The notes under the pieces were generated by a model that was not told the origin of the DNA, made no database searches, and worked only from the letters and a program-made list of their open reading frames with translations. This document shows positions 1 through 9,611 of a stretch of DNA of 32,000 nt, one piece after another. The stretch's first letter is position 1; the number at the start of each line of letters is the position of its first letter. The position numbers and the translations under genes are program-made. The DNA comes from Alkanindiges illinoisensis DSM 15370 (GTDB taxonomy: Bacteria > Pseudomonadota > Gammaproteobacteria > Pseudomonadales > Moraxellaceae): assembly GCF_000619845.1 (NCBI RefSeq), contig NZ_JHUX01000007.1, positions 30,001-62,000 on the forward strand, in the 5' to 3' direction.

Positions 1-1477
1 TGCTAAAATTATTGAACAGCCTGCAAATCCGCGCGTGCGCATACTGAATGTAGTACACCGCATTGTCCTTGCTTTGCGACACGGCAAGATCAAGGTCAAA
101 GTCAATATGCTGCTCGCTCTTGCGCATTACATAATAAAAACGTGCTGCATCGTTGCCCACTTCTTCACGCAATTCACGCAAGCTGACAAACTGGCCAGAA
201 CGCGATGACATTTGCACCATTTCACTGCCACGCCACAGGCTGACAAACTGTACCAGCAGCACGGTGAGCTTTTTGGAATCAAAACCCAGTGCATCAATGG
301 CCGCTTTAACCCGGCTAATATAACCGTGGTGGTCAGAACCCCAGATGTTAATCACTTCATCAAAGCCACGCTGGAACTTATTCAAGTGATAGGCAATGTC
401 AGCAGCAAAATAAGTGGTCTGGCCATTGGCACGCTTGACCACACGGTCTTTTTCATCGCCAAAATTAGTGGACTTAAACCAGATATTGCCATCTTTCTCA
501 TACAAAAAGCCATTTTGATCCAGTACTTCCAAGGCTTCGGTGATTTTGTCCTTTAAGGTGGCTTCACTAAACCACTGGTCAAAGGTTACGCCAAAATCAG
601 CCAGGTCGTCCTTGATGTCATCCAGAATCACCTGCAATGCAGTCTGGTGAAACAGCCGATAATCCTCTGCACCCAGCAATTGCTGTGCGTTATGGATCAG
701 GCCATCAATATGTTTTTCCTTGTCGCCGGACAGCAGCACCTTGTTGCCATCTTTGTCCAGTTCCGCAGCATACTCGGCGTCACTGGGCACATTGGCAAAC
801 AGCGCATCTACCGGGCGGTTAAACTGGTTGCCATACTGATCAAAAATTTTCTGGGCAATATCTTCGGTCACATACGCGCCACGATAGCCATTGGAAGGAA
901 ACGTCAGGCTTTGGCCGCACAATTCCAGATAGCGTAAAAAGGTACTGGTGGCCAGAATATCCATCTGGCGACCGGCATCATTGACATAATATTCGCGCTG
1001 TACCGTCCAGCCAATTGCTTCAAGCAGGTTAGCCACCGTCATGCCATAAGCAGCACCCCGGCCATGTCCCACATGCAGGCTGCTGGTCGGGTTGGCGGAC
1101 ACAAATTCAACCTGTGCTTTTTTGCCATTAAACTGCTGGCTGCGGCCAAACTGGCTGGTTTGCGCAATAATTTGATCCAGCACGGCAAAACGCTGGTCAT
1201 CATTTAAAAAGAAATTAATAAAACCGGGGCCTGCAATTTCAGCCTTGCTGATTACATCCACCTGCGGCAGGGCAGTCAGTATTTTTTCGGCCAGATCACG
1301 CGGTTTTAAACCTGCAACCTTGGCGGCAATCATGGCCACATTGGAGGCAAAATCACCATGACTACGATCACGGGTTCGGCTCAAGCTGCTATTGTTTTGA
1401 AAGTCCTGTGGCAAAACGCCCTGCTGTTTCAGGCTATCGATGGCAGTATCAAGTGCGGATTGGATCGCAGTGTTCAT
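1..1477 (-). CDS. argS: Arginine--tRNA ligase, C-terminus cut by window edge
   Basis: Not in the ORF track because it is open at the edge. Hand translation of the reverse strand from ATG (1477..1475) gives MNTAIQSALDTAIDSLKQQGVLPQDF...EFVSANPTSSLHVGHGRGAAYG (class I HIGH-type motif)...WGSDHHGYISRVKA...VQMSSRSGQFVSLRELREEVG, uninterrupted to position 1. Confidence 0.93.
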   Translation of the reverse strand, partial: MNTAIQSALDTAIDSLKQQGVLPQDFQNNSSLSRTRDRSHGDFASNVAMIAAKVAGLKPRDLAEKILTALPQVDVISKAEIAGPGFINFFLNDDQRFAVLDQIIAQTSQFGRSQQFNGKKAQVEFVSANPTSSLHVGHGRGAAYGMTVANLLEAIGWTVQREYYVNDAGRQMDILATSTFLRYLELCGQSLTFPSNGYRGAYVTEDIAQKIFDQYGNQFNRPVDALFANVPSDAEYAAELDKDGNKVLLSGDKEKHIDGLIHNAQQLLGAEDYRLFHQTALQVILDDIKDDLADFGVTFDQWFSEATLKDKITEALEVLDQNGFLYEKDGNIWFKSTNFGDEKDRVVKRANGQTTYFAADIAYHLNKFQRGFDEVINIWGSDHHGYISRVKAAIDALGFDSKKLTVLLVQFVSLWRGSEMVQMSSRSGQFVSLRELREEVGNDAARFYYVMRKSEQHIDFDLDLAVSQSKDNAVYYIQYAHARICRLFNNFS

Positions 1478-1612
1478 AAGTGATTAAAATGCAAAAACGG
1501 AAAGCTGCACAATATAGCAAATTTGCAGTAAAAAAGGGCAGCCTCGTCCGACAGGCCTATAAAACTCATCTTATATTAGTAATAAAATAGATATATCTTT
1601 TTAGAAAAATAA

Positions 1613-1621
1613 TGCTATAGT
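1613..1621 (+). promoter_or_regulatory. Candidate extended -10 promoter element (TGcTATAGT) for the DUF2798 gene
   Basis: TG at 1613-1614 and TATAGT at 1616-1621, 80 bp upstream of the ATG at 1701. The -35 is poor. Pattern match only. Confidence 0.4.
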
Positions 1622-1643
1622 GCCCAAGCAATCTCTCAATTGC

Positions 1644-1657
1644 CGTAAACGTTTACG
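1644..1657. promoter_or_regulatory. Perfect 14-bp palindrome CGTAAACGTTTACG, candidate LacI/GalR-type operator
   Basis: CGTAAAC followed by its exact reverse complement GTTTACG. It lies between the candidate -10 and the AAGGAG SD (1688-1693). Confidence 0.4.
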
Positions 1658-1700
1658 TGAATCAACGTATTAATGATTAAAGCGGTTAAGGAGCATTAAA

Positions 1701-1988
1701 ATGATGTCAAACCCAAAAAAACCAGTGATGCTAAATTCTTCATCAAAATTTAAAAAATTACCTGCGCGTTATATGGCTGTTGTCATGCCACTGATTCTAT
1801 CCGGCATGATGAGTGCCGTGGTGTCGCTCATCAGCACCCTAAAAAGCCTAGGGCTACAACCTGATCTGCCAGGAATCTGGTTGGGTACCTGGCTGATTTC
1901 ATGGATTGTGGCATTTCCCACGGTGCTTATTGTACTGCCGATTGCGCGGCGCTTTGCCTTACTGTTTGTGCAGGCGCCGCAACCTTAA
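1701..1988 (+). CDS. Small inner-membrane protein, DUF2798-like
   Basis: 95 aa with two hydrophobic helices (AVVMPLILSGMMSAVVSLI; WLISWIVAFPTVLIVLPI). The KLPARY...MPLILS layout is recalled for DUF2798. Strong SD AAGGAG 8 nt upstream. Confidence 0.7.
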   Translation: MMSNPKKPVMLNSSSKFKKLPARYMAVVMPLILSGMMSAVVSLISTLKSLGLQPDLPGIWLGTWLISWIVAFPTVLIVLPIARRFALLFVQAPQP

Positions 1989-2017
1989 GCCAGGAGCCAG
2001 CTTAAAAATTCAATCTC

Positions 2018-2045
2018 AAAAAGGACAATATTTGCTGTCCTTTTT
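2018..2045. terminator. Bidirectional intrinsic terminator between the convergent DUF2798 and yfeX genes
   Basis: AAAAAGGACA-atatttgc-TGTCCTTTTT. GGACA/TGTCC stem extended by an A-run and a T-run on either side. Confidence 0.55.
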
Positions 2046-2072
2046 GTCCTAATCCTTATAGTGGTTAGCCCG

Positions 2073-2993
2073 TTAATCTCCTAATAGCTGCTCCAGCAAT
2101 TCCTGCGAAGGTGCAAAAAAGTAGGCGCCATTGACTGGTTTGGTAAAATGCAGCAAACGGTCATGCAGGCCATCTTCGGTTTTGCCATGCATCCGCGCCA
2201 GCATGCGGTTAATAATACTTAAATCATTGGTGTAACCCACAAAAAACAGGCCCATATCGCCACTGGCATTGCCATAAGGCAGGCTATGGCGCACGATTTC
2301 CAGTTCTTCACCATTTTCTTCAATGACGACCCGTGAAATATGCGCATTCTTGGGCTTGATGTCGTCTGGCAGTTCCACACTATCCAGCTTGGTACGGCCA
2401 AACACATCTTCCTGTGCGGTGGTGCGTAGCTGGTTCCATTTATCCAGATCATGCACAAAGCGCTGGGCGAAAATAAAACTGCCCTCATAAAATTCACCAT
2501 TTTCCTCAGGCAGCAGCGCCACCTCGGCACGGTCATCAGCCATTTGCGGATTTTCTGTACCATCAATAAAACCGGTTAAGTCGCGGTTGTCGATATAGCG
2601 GAAACTGGTGATTTCATCCACCACTTCAACATCGTTACGAATGCCTTGCAAGGCAGCCTGCGCCAGAATAAAGCAAATGTCAGCGCGCTCGCTGGCAATA
2701 TGAATAAAAATATCTGCAGGAACAACCGGCATGTCAAAGGCAGCGCCGCTAATGTCCTGCAACTGGCTAAAGTTGGGTGGCATTTTGTCATACAGTCGTG
2801 CCCATAGTTCAGGGCCGAAGGCAATGGCTGTCTTGATATTCTGATGGGTGTGCTGGGTCAGCAGGCGATCACGGGTATCGATAAAATGCTGGAGTTGTGC
2901 CTTAATACGTGCCACATCCAGCTGCTTGGTTTTAATTACCAGAAAACGGGCATGAACCGAAGGTAAGGGCAAAATTACCGATTGTGCTGGCAT
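2073..2993 (-). CDS. yfeX: Dyp-type (YfeX-like) haem peroxidase
   Basis: 306 aa. GFIDGTENP (GXXDG motif), FGRTKLDSVEL, HISRV, IVRHSLPYGNASGDMGLFFVGY and FTKPVNGAYFFAPS align block by block with E. coli YfeX as I recall it. AGGAG SD upstream. Confidence 0.9.
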   Translation of the reverse strand: MPAQSVILPLPSVHARFLVIKTKQLDVARIKAQLQHFIDTRDRLLTQHTHQNIKTAIAFGPELWARLYDKMPPNFSQLQDISGAAFDMPVVPADIFIHIASERADICFILAQAALQGIRNDVEVVDEITSFRYIDNRDLTGFIDGTENPQMADDRAEVALLPEENGEFYEGSFIFAQRFVHDLDKWNQLRTTAQEDVFGRTKLDSVELPDDIKPKNAHISRVVIEENGEELEIVRHSLPYGNASGDMGLFFVGYTNDLSIINRMLARMHGKTEDGLHDRLLHFTKPVNGAYFFAPSQELLEQLLGD

Positions 2994-3211
2994 GGCAGGC
3001 AGGGCTCCTGATTTTAGAGATAAAAGATTGAAAGATAAAGGTTTTAAAATAACAGGTTCTAAGCAACCCAGTGTGAAACCAGCTATCGTTGCTTTGGTCT
3101 GTTGTGGTTATTAGTCTATTAAGCTAAAGAAGATAATAAAAGCTCTGTAGCAGCCTGTACTTAATAAAAACCTGCTGTCCAAAAGAGCATAAAAATAGTC
3201 CGGCTTTTGGC

Positions 3212-4018
3212 TTAAACCAGTTTCAAGTAACGCCGGGTTTTTTGTCCCAGAAAAATCAGGGCAAAGCAGGCGGCCATACACAAAACAATCGCAAGGCCAG
3301 TTGAGCTATTGAGCCAGACACTACCCCATAAGCCACCCGCAATGCCGACTTGTGCCCAGACAAAGGCCCACAGCACCATTTGCCTGGGTGAATGCGCCAG
3401 CAGGCGGGCAGTCAATGCCGGAATAATCAACAAGGCGCCCATCAGCAGGGAACCAACAGCACGCAGCGCCAAAACAGTAAACAGTGCCAGTAACAGCATA
3501 AAAATCAAGCGTTGCAGGCCAGCCCTGGCACCTTCACTGGTGGCAATATCAGCATCGGTGACTAGCCGCAATTGCACGCGCCAGTTATACAGCAGCACGA
3601 TTACCCCAGCCACCACTGCCGCTGTTAGTGCCGGAATGTCTGGCCAGTCCAGTGACAGCAAGTCGCCAAATAAATAGCTGAGCAATTCTGGCCGCAGTGT
3701 AGGCAGGTACTGAATAAGCAGCAGGCCACCACACAGCAGCGCCGAGGAACACAGTGCCAGCAGGGCATCACTGGGCAGACGCGAATCATGCAGCACCCAC
3801 AAAATGGCTACCAGTACAAGAGACAGGCAACCTACCCCAAACCATAGCGGCAAACCCAGCAAGGCAGCCATGGCAATACCCAGCAGGGTTCCATGTGCCA
3901 TGGTATCGGCAAAAAATGCCATGCGGCGCCAGAGCATCAGACAGCCCAGCGGCGCCGTTAAAAATGCTAGCAAGCTACCCATCACCCACGCTGGTGCCAG
4001 TAAAATCAGCCAATCCAT
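3212..4018 (-). CDS. znuB: Zinc ABC transporter permease ZnuB
   Basis: 268-aa polytopic membrane protein of ABC-3 type, immediately downstream of znuC in a zur-znuC-znuB arrangement. Confidence 0.9.
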   Translation of the reverse strand: MDWLILLAPAWVMGSLLAFLTAPLGCLMLWRRMAFFADTMAHGTLLGIAMAALLGLPLWFGVGCLSLVLVAILWVLHDSRLPSDALLALCSSALLCGGLLLIQYLPTLRPELLSYLFGDLLSLDWPDIPALTAAVVAGVIVLLYNWRVQLRLVTDADIATSEGARAGLQRLIFMLLLALFTVLALRAVGSLLMGALLIIPALTARLLAHSPRQMVLWAFVWAQVGIAGGLWGSVWLNSSTGLAIVLCMAACFALIFLGQKTRRYLKLV

Positions 4019-4034
4019 TTAACGTCTGTCCATT

Positions 4035-4799
4035 TTATAGCTCGGGTTCCGGGTGGATATGCGGTGTATTGCCACACTGGTTATGAGTAACTTCCCCATG
4101 CACGCAATGGTCGTGATGATGCTGGTAAATCATGCGCTGGCTGCCAAACAGTTCCTGATAGGCCGGATGCTGCTGAATATCACTGGGCGTTCCACTGCAG
4201 CAAATATGGTGATTCAGGCACACCACGCGCTGGGTGCCCTGCATTACCCACTGCAAATCATGCGACACCATCAGTACCGCACAGCCATAGCGCTCAGGCA
4301 GGGTGCGCACATAGGCATATAGCTCGCTTTCCGACTGAATATCCAGACCTTGCATGGGTTCATCCAGCACCAGTAGCTGTGGGCTTTGCAGCAGTGCACG
4401 CGCCAGCAACACCCGTTGCCGCTCACCGCCGGACAACTGTTGCACCTGACGTTTAAGTAAATGGGCAATCCCGGTTTCACTAATAATCTGCTGTAAAAAA
4501 GCTGGCTGGCAATGGGAAACTTCCAGCAAATCCATCACCCGCAATGGCAGGCTAGCAGAGGGATTAAAACGCTGCGGCACATAGCCAATTTTAAGTCCGG
4601 GCTTGCGCTGAAGCTGGCCTGCATTAATGCGTTGAATGCCCAAAATCACCTTCACCAGCGTCGACTTGCCTGCACCATTGGGCCCAATCAGGCTCACAAT
4701 TTCCTGTGGCGCAATAGTAAGGTCCACTTGTTTAAGCACTGAACGCTGCTCAAACTGCACCGAAATATGGCTAAGCTGGATGAGGAATGGGGTAGTCAT
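4035..4799 (-). CDS. znuC: Zinc ABC transporter ATPase ZnuC
   Basis: Walker A GPNGAGKST, signature LSGGERQR, Walker B LLVLDEP, and a His/Cys-rich tail HHHDHCVHGEVTHNQCGNTPHIH. Start placed at ATG 4799, which forms an ATGA overlap with the zur stop. The track start at 4817 is the alternative. Confidence 0.9.
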   Translation of the reverse strand: MTTPFLIQLSHISVQFEQRSVLKQVDLTIAPQEIVSLIGPNGAGKSTLVKVILGIQRINAGQLQRKPGLKIGYVPQRFNPSASLPLRVMDLLEVSHCQPAFLQQIISETGIAHLLKRQVQQLSGGERQRVLLARALLQSPQLLVLDEPMQGLDIQSESELYAYVRTLPERYGCAVLMVSHDLQWVMQGTQRVVCLNHHICCSGTPSDIQQHPAYQELFGSQRMIYQHHHDHCVHGEVTHNQCGNTPHIHPEPEL

Positions 4800-5299
4800 G
4801 ACTGGCAATTCTGGCATAGTCCGGCAATTTCAATCATGCTGTGCTGAGCGGTAAAACCACCACTGGCTGCTACCTGAGCCAGACTGTCCATTAAAGGGCT
4901 GGCAGAGGTTTCCTGCACCTGATGGCAGTTCTGGCAAATCAGGAAGGCAGCCTGATGTCCGGCACGCGGGTGACAACAGGGAATATAGGCATTAATGGAT
5001 GCCAGCCGATGAATAAAGCCCTGTTCCAGCAAAAATTCCAGTGTACGGTAAACCGTAGGCGGCGCTGCCGGACGCTCATTATCACGCTTCATTTTGGCCA
5101 AAAGGTCATAAGCACCAATGGGGGCACTGGCCAGCAGGATCAGTTCCAGCACCTCACGCCGTAACGGGGTCAGGCGGGAACCTGAACTTACACAGGCCTG
5201 TTCTGCTTCCAGCAATCGTTGCGCAACAGCCTGCTGGCTATGGGCGGTCTGATGAACGCCATGCAGTGCATTATCATGCGGATGGGAACAGCTGGTCAT
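4796..5299 (-). CDS. zur: Zinc uptake regulator Zur (Fur family)
   Basis: Winged-helix N-domain (LTPLRREVLELIL...AYDLL...TVYRTLEFLLEQGFIHRL) and Cys clusters CCHP...CQNC...CQNC. Start moved from the track (5332) to ATG 5299, which is preceded by AGGAGG. Confidence 0.88.
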   Translation of the reverse strand: MTSCSHPHDNALHGVHQTAHSQQAVAQRLLEAEQACVSSGSRLTPLRREVLELILLASAPIGAYDLLAKMKRDNERPAAPPTVYRTLEFLLEQGFIHRLASINAYIPCCHPRAGHQAAFLICQNCHQVQETSASPLMDSLAQVAASGGFTAQHSMIEIAGLCQNCQS

Positions 5300-5432
5300 G
5301 GGTGCCTCCTTAAGGGCAGCGCGGCAGATCAAAGCCAGTCATGAGGATAAAGTGTATGCGCTTGAAACCGTTTGCAAGCGTGAAGCCTCTGTAAAAAGAT
5401 TTCACACGATCAAACGGCAGTTGCTTTTTTAG

Positions 5433-5455
5433 TAAACGTAATAGTATAACATGCT
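5433..5455. promoter_or_regulatory. Zur box in the zur/znuA divergent promoter region
   Basis: TAAACGTAATAGTATAACATGCT matches 16 of 22 specified positions of the gamma-proteobacterial Zur consensus GAAATGTTATANTATAACATTTC. It lies about 70-90 bp upstream of the znuA ATG. Confidence 0.6.
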
Positions 5456-5525
5456 ACCCTTTAATTCACTATGATTTCACGACCTTATACCTGATGCAAA
5501 GTCAGCAGGCCGCTTTGGGGAAGAT

Positions 5526-6443
5526 ATGCGCTTTTTTGTTATTGCCGCACTGGCTTTAGGGGTACTGTTTTTAGGAATAACCATCCTAGGCTTAAATCAT
5601 ACCGAAGCGGCAAGCCGGCCACCTTCAGGGCAGGGTCATGCCGCTGTTGTCTCTGGCATGGTAGTCAGTACCCATCCGTTATATCTGATTGCAACGGCAG
5701 TTACCCAGGGCATTGAAAAACCGGTATTGCTCTTGCCACCCAACCAGTCCGGCCATGATGTGCAGTTACGGCCAGCTGATCGCCAGCGCTTAAAGCAGGC
5801 CAATTTTGTGCTGTGGTTTGGCGCACAGTACGAAACCCCGTTGGCAGCAGTGCTAAAAGATCAGCCTAACGCCATTGCGCTATTTGACCTAAAAGCCTTT
5901 AAGCGCCTGCCACTTCGTGATCCACAGGGTAAAGCCTTTGCCAGTTCACTGGACCCGCACCTGTGGCTAGATCCTGCTAACGCCGTTGGAATTGCCCATG
6001 CCATTGCTACAGTACGTGCCCGGCAATTCCCGCAATATGCCAGCCGCTACCAGCACAATGCCCAGATATTTAGCCAGCGCCTCATGGCTCAGGCCAGCCA
6101 GTATCAGTCATCAGGCGCCAAGCCATACTGGGCTTATCACGATGCCTACCAGTATCTGGAACGCAGCCTGAACCTGAATTTCAAGGGTAGCCTGACGGTT
6201 GAACATGATTTGCCTCCGACTATTCGCCAGCTGGTCTGGCTGCAACAACAGCGTCCAAAGTCAAAAAATGGCGCAATTTATCCCATGTGCCTGCTGGCAG
6301 AAGGTCATGCAGACCCAGCCACACTCAAGCGGCTGCAACCAGTTAAGGTACAAACTATTGATGAGATTATGAGTGGAGAACAAGATTTTGTGGCTGGCTG
6401 GCAAAAATTGGCACAAGATATAGTGGCCTGTACCAAACCTTAA
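5526..6443 (+). CDS. znuA: Periplasmic zinc-binding protein ZnuA
   Basis: 305 aa with a signal-like N-terminus. Cluster A-I SBP with ligand contexts STHP, GHD, DPHLWLD and HDAYQY. Divergent from zur-znuCB. Confidence 0.88.
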   Translation: MRFFVIAALALGVLFLGITILGLNHTEAASRPPSGQGHAAVVSGMVVSTHPLYLIATAVTQGIEKPVLLLPPNQSGHDVQLRPADRQRLKQANFVLWFGAQYETPLAAVLKDQPNAIALFDLKAFKRLPLRDPQGKAFASSLDPHLWLDPANAVGIAHAIATVRARQFPQYASRYQHNAQIFSQRLMAQASQYQSSGAKPYWAYHDAYQYLERSLNLNFKGSLTVEHDLPPTIRQLVWLQQQRPKSKNGAIYPMCLLAEGHADPATLKRLQPVKVQTIDEIMSGEQDFVAGWQKLAQDIVACTKP

Positions 6444-6528
6444 GATAATCTTAAATCGGGAAATAAAAGCTGGTCTTTTCGCCTATCGGATTCATACTAA
6501 AATACAATGCTTGCTGGAATGGAACTGA

Positions 6529-6557
6529 TTGCATGTTTGGGTTTGCACCACTATAAT
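6529..6557 (+). promoter_or_regulatory. Sigma70-type promoter of the atp operon
   Basis: -35 TTGCAT (6529-6534), 17-bp spacer, perfect -10 TATAAT (6552-6557), about 100 bp upstream of atpI. A second TTGACA (6588-6593) with a weak -10 TAAAAG follows. Confidence 0.55.
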
Positions 6558-6660
6558 GCTCGCGCTTAAAAGTATTGTGGTCAAATTTTGACAGGTTCTG
6601 CTGCAATTTTAAAAGGCAGCACAGGCCATTGCGTATTCAACCGTAGCCAGAAGATTCATT

Positions 6661-7080
6661 ATGCATCAGCCCAAGCGCCTATCCAATATGCATAGTATGC
6701 TGGTTGATCGACGTCTAGCGCGAGGCCTGACCATCGCACAGGCGGTTGTAATACCCATTTCATCATTGCTGGCCTATTTTATTGCAGGCTGGGTTGCGGC
6801 CCGAAGTGCAGGGCTGGGTGCCTTGCTCTGCTGGCTAGGCAGTGCCTATTTTGCCTGGCAGGCTTTCCGTCAGGGTGGCGCTCATGCCTCCAAGCAGATA
6901 CTAGGCGCAATGTATAAAGGAATGATAGGCAAGTTTGTTATTGTTATTGTTGGTTTTATTATCGTTTTTCGCAGTGTTTCGCCATTGTCAATTCCCGCCC
7001 TGTTTGGTGGTTTTGTTATGGTGCAGGTTATGGCATGGCTGTATCCCTTGTGGACTGCACGGCAGCGGCCAAACAATTAG
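6661..7080 (+). CDS. atpI: ATP synthase protein I
   Basis: 139-aa hydrophobic protein directly upstream of atpB, the typical AtpI position and size. The exact start is uncertain (in-frame ATGs at 6688 and 6697). Confidence 0.75.
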   Translation: MHQPKRLSNMHSMLVDRRLARGLTIAQAVVIPISSLLAYFIAGWVAARSAGLGALLCWLGSAYFAWQAFRQGGAHASKQILGAMYKGMIGKFVIVIVGFIIVFRSVSPLSIPALFGGFVMVQVMAWLYPLWTARQRPNN

Positions 7081-7162
7081 CCGGATACTGATTCGGTAAT
7101 CCTGTTCAGTCATCTGGACTGGTTGTGGTTTGAGTGTAATGAGAGATTCTTTGGTGGGGTAA

Positions 7163-8137
<975 letters not shown>

Positions 8138-8141
8138 TGTT

Positions 8142-8502
<361 letters not shown>

Positions 8503-8537
8503 TTCTTAATTCCCAAATTCATCATTGAGGAATTGCA

Positions 8538-9008
8538 ATGAATATCAACCTCACATTAATTGGCCAAGCCATTGCATTTGCGATGTTTGTCGCATTCTGC
8601 ATGAAGTTTGTCTGGCCACCACTAATCGCAGCGATTAGTGACCGTCAGCGCAAGATTGCTGATGGGTTAAATGCGGCTGAGCGTGCCAAAGCTGATCTTG
8701 CCAATGCACAGGCGCAGGTCAAGCAGGAACTGGACGCCGCAAAAGCACAGGCAGCTCAACTCATTGAGCAGGCTAACCGTCGTGCTGCCCAACTGGTTGA
8801 AGAAGCGCGTACCCAGGCAGCAGCCGAAGGTGAGCGTATTCGTCAGCAGTCACGTGAAGCAGTCGATCAGGAAATCAATCAGGCGCGTGAACAGCTTCGC
8901 GGGCAGGTTGCTGCCTTGGCAGTGGCTGGTGCCGAGAAGATTCTTAAAGCCCAGGTTGATGAACAAGCCCATGCTGCCATGTTAAATCAACTGGCTGCAG
9001 AACTATAA
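8538..9008 (+). CDS. atpF: F0 subunit b
   Basis: 156 aa with an N-terminal TM helix and a long Ala/Gln/Glu-rich coiled helix. Sits in operon order. Confidence 0.93.
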   Translation: MNINLTLIGQAIAFAMFVAFCMKFVWPPLIAAISDRQRKIADGLNAAERAKADLANAQAQVKQELDAAKAQAAQLIEQANRRAAQLVEEARTQAAAEGERIRQQSREAVDQEINQAREQLRGQVAALAVAGAEKILKAQVDEQAHAAMLNQLAAEL

Positions 9009-9020
9009 GCGAGAAGACTC

Positions 9021-9557
9021 ATGGCTGAACTCTTGACGTTAGCACGGCCTTATGCCAAAGCGGCTTTTGGCTATGCATCTGAACAGGGTATGGCAGACAA
9101 CTGGTCTACCGTGCTGCAACTGCTAAGTGCAATGGTTCAAGATGAAGCATTTTCCGCTTATTTGAATCGTCCTGAGCTGACCCCTGAACAACAGGTGAAG
9201 ATCATTGTAGACACCAATACGGCGCTACAGGATCAATCAGTGTCCAACTTTATTACTTTGTTGGCACAAAATGATCGTTTAAACCTGTTGCCAGAAATTG
9301 CTCTTGAGTTTGAGCAGCTAAAGGCACAAAACCAGAATCAGACTGATGTCACCATCGAATCTGCCTTTCCGTTAACGGATGAGCAAAAGCAACTGCTGGT
9401 TGACCGTTTGTCAAAACGCTTTAACAGCAGCATTGATGCCACTGTAACTGTAAACTCTGCTTTGATTGCAGGGGTTGTGATTCGTGCCGGTGATCAGGTG
9501 ATTGATGATTCTGCCCAGGCTAAGCTGGAAAAAATGCGAACTCGTTTAACCGCGTAA
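9021..9557 (+). CDS. atpH: F1 subunit delta (OSCP)
   Basis: 178 aa, [16 protein letters not shown]..., a typical delta N-terminus, in operon order. Confidence 0.92.
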   Translation: MAELLTLARPYAKAAFGYASEQGMADNWSTVLQLLSAMVQDEAFSAYLNRPELTPEQQVKIIVDTNTALQDQSVSNFITLLAQNDRLNLLPEIALEFEQLKAQNQNQTDVTIESAFPLTDEQKQLLVDRLSKRFNSSIDATVTVNSALIAGVVIRAGDQVIDDSAQAKLEKMRTRLTA

Positions 9558-9611
9558 TGGTGTAATACCAACGGTTAGGCAGAACTTAAAAAATATTGAG
9601 GTATAGCGCAA

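Noticed and set aside
212-937. Three plus-strand ORFs (114, 61 and 96 aa) in the left 1 kb
   Set aside because: They lie antisense within a continuous, strongly recognisable argS reading frame on the minus strand, and their translations have no recognisable motifs.
3017-3041. GATAAA...GATAAA repeats upstream of the Dyp peroxidase gene, considered as a Fur box
   Set aside because: Alignment to the 19-bp Fur consensus GATAATGATAATCATTATC fails beyond the first hexamer in every register I tried.
5300-5332. N-terminal extensions implied by the ORF track for zur (to 5332), atpB (7211), atpE (8167), EamA (18300), ybcJ (19716), DUF924 (21032), HAD (25684) and parE (26701)
   Set aside because: In each case an internal ATG or GTG with a better SD, agreement with the known protein N-terminus, or avoidance of overlap with the upstream gene supports the shorter form.
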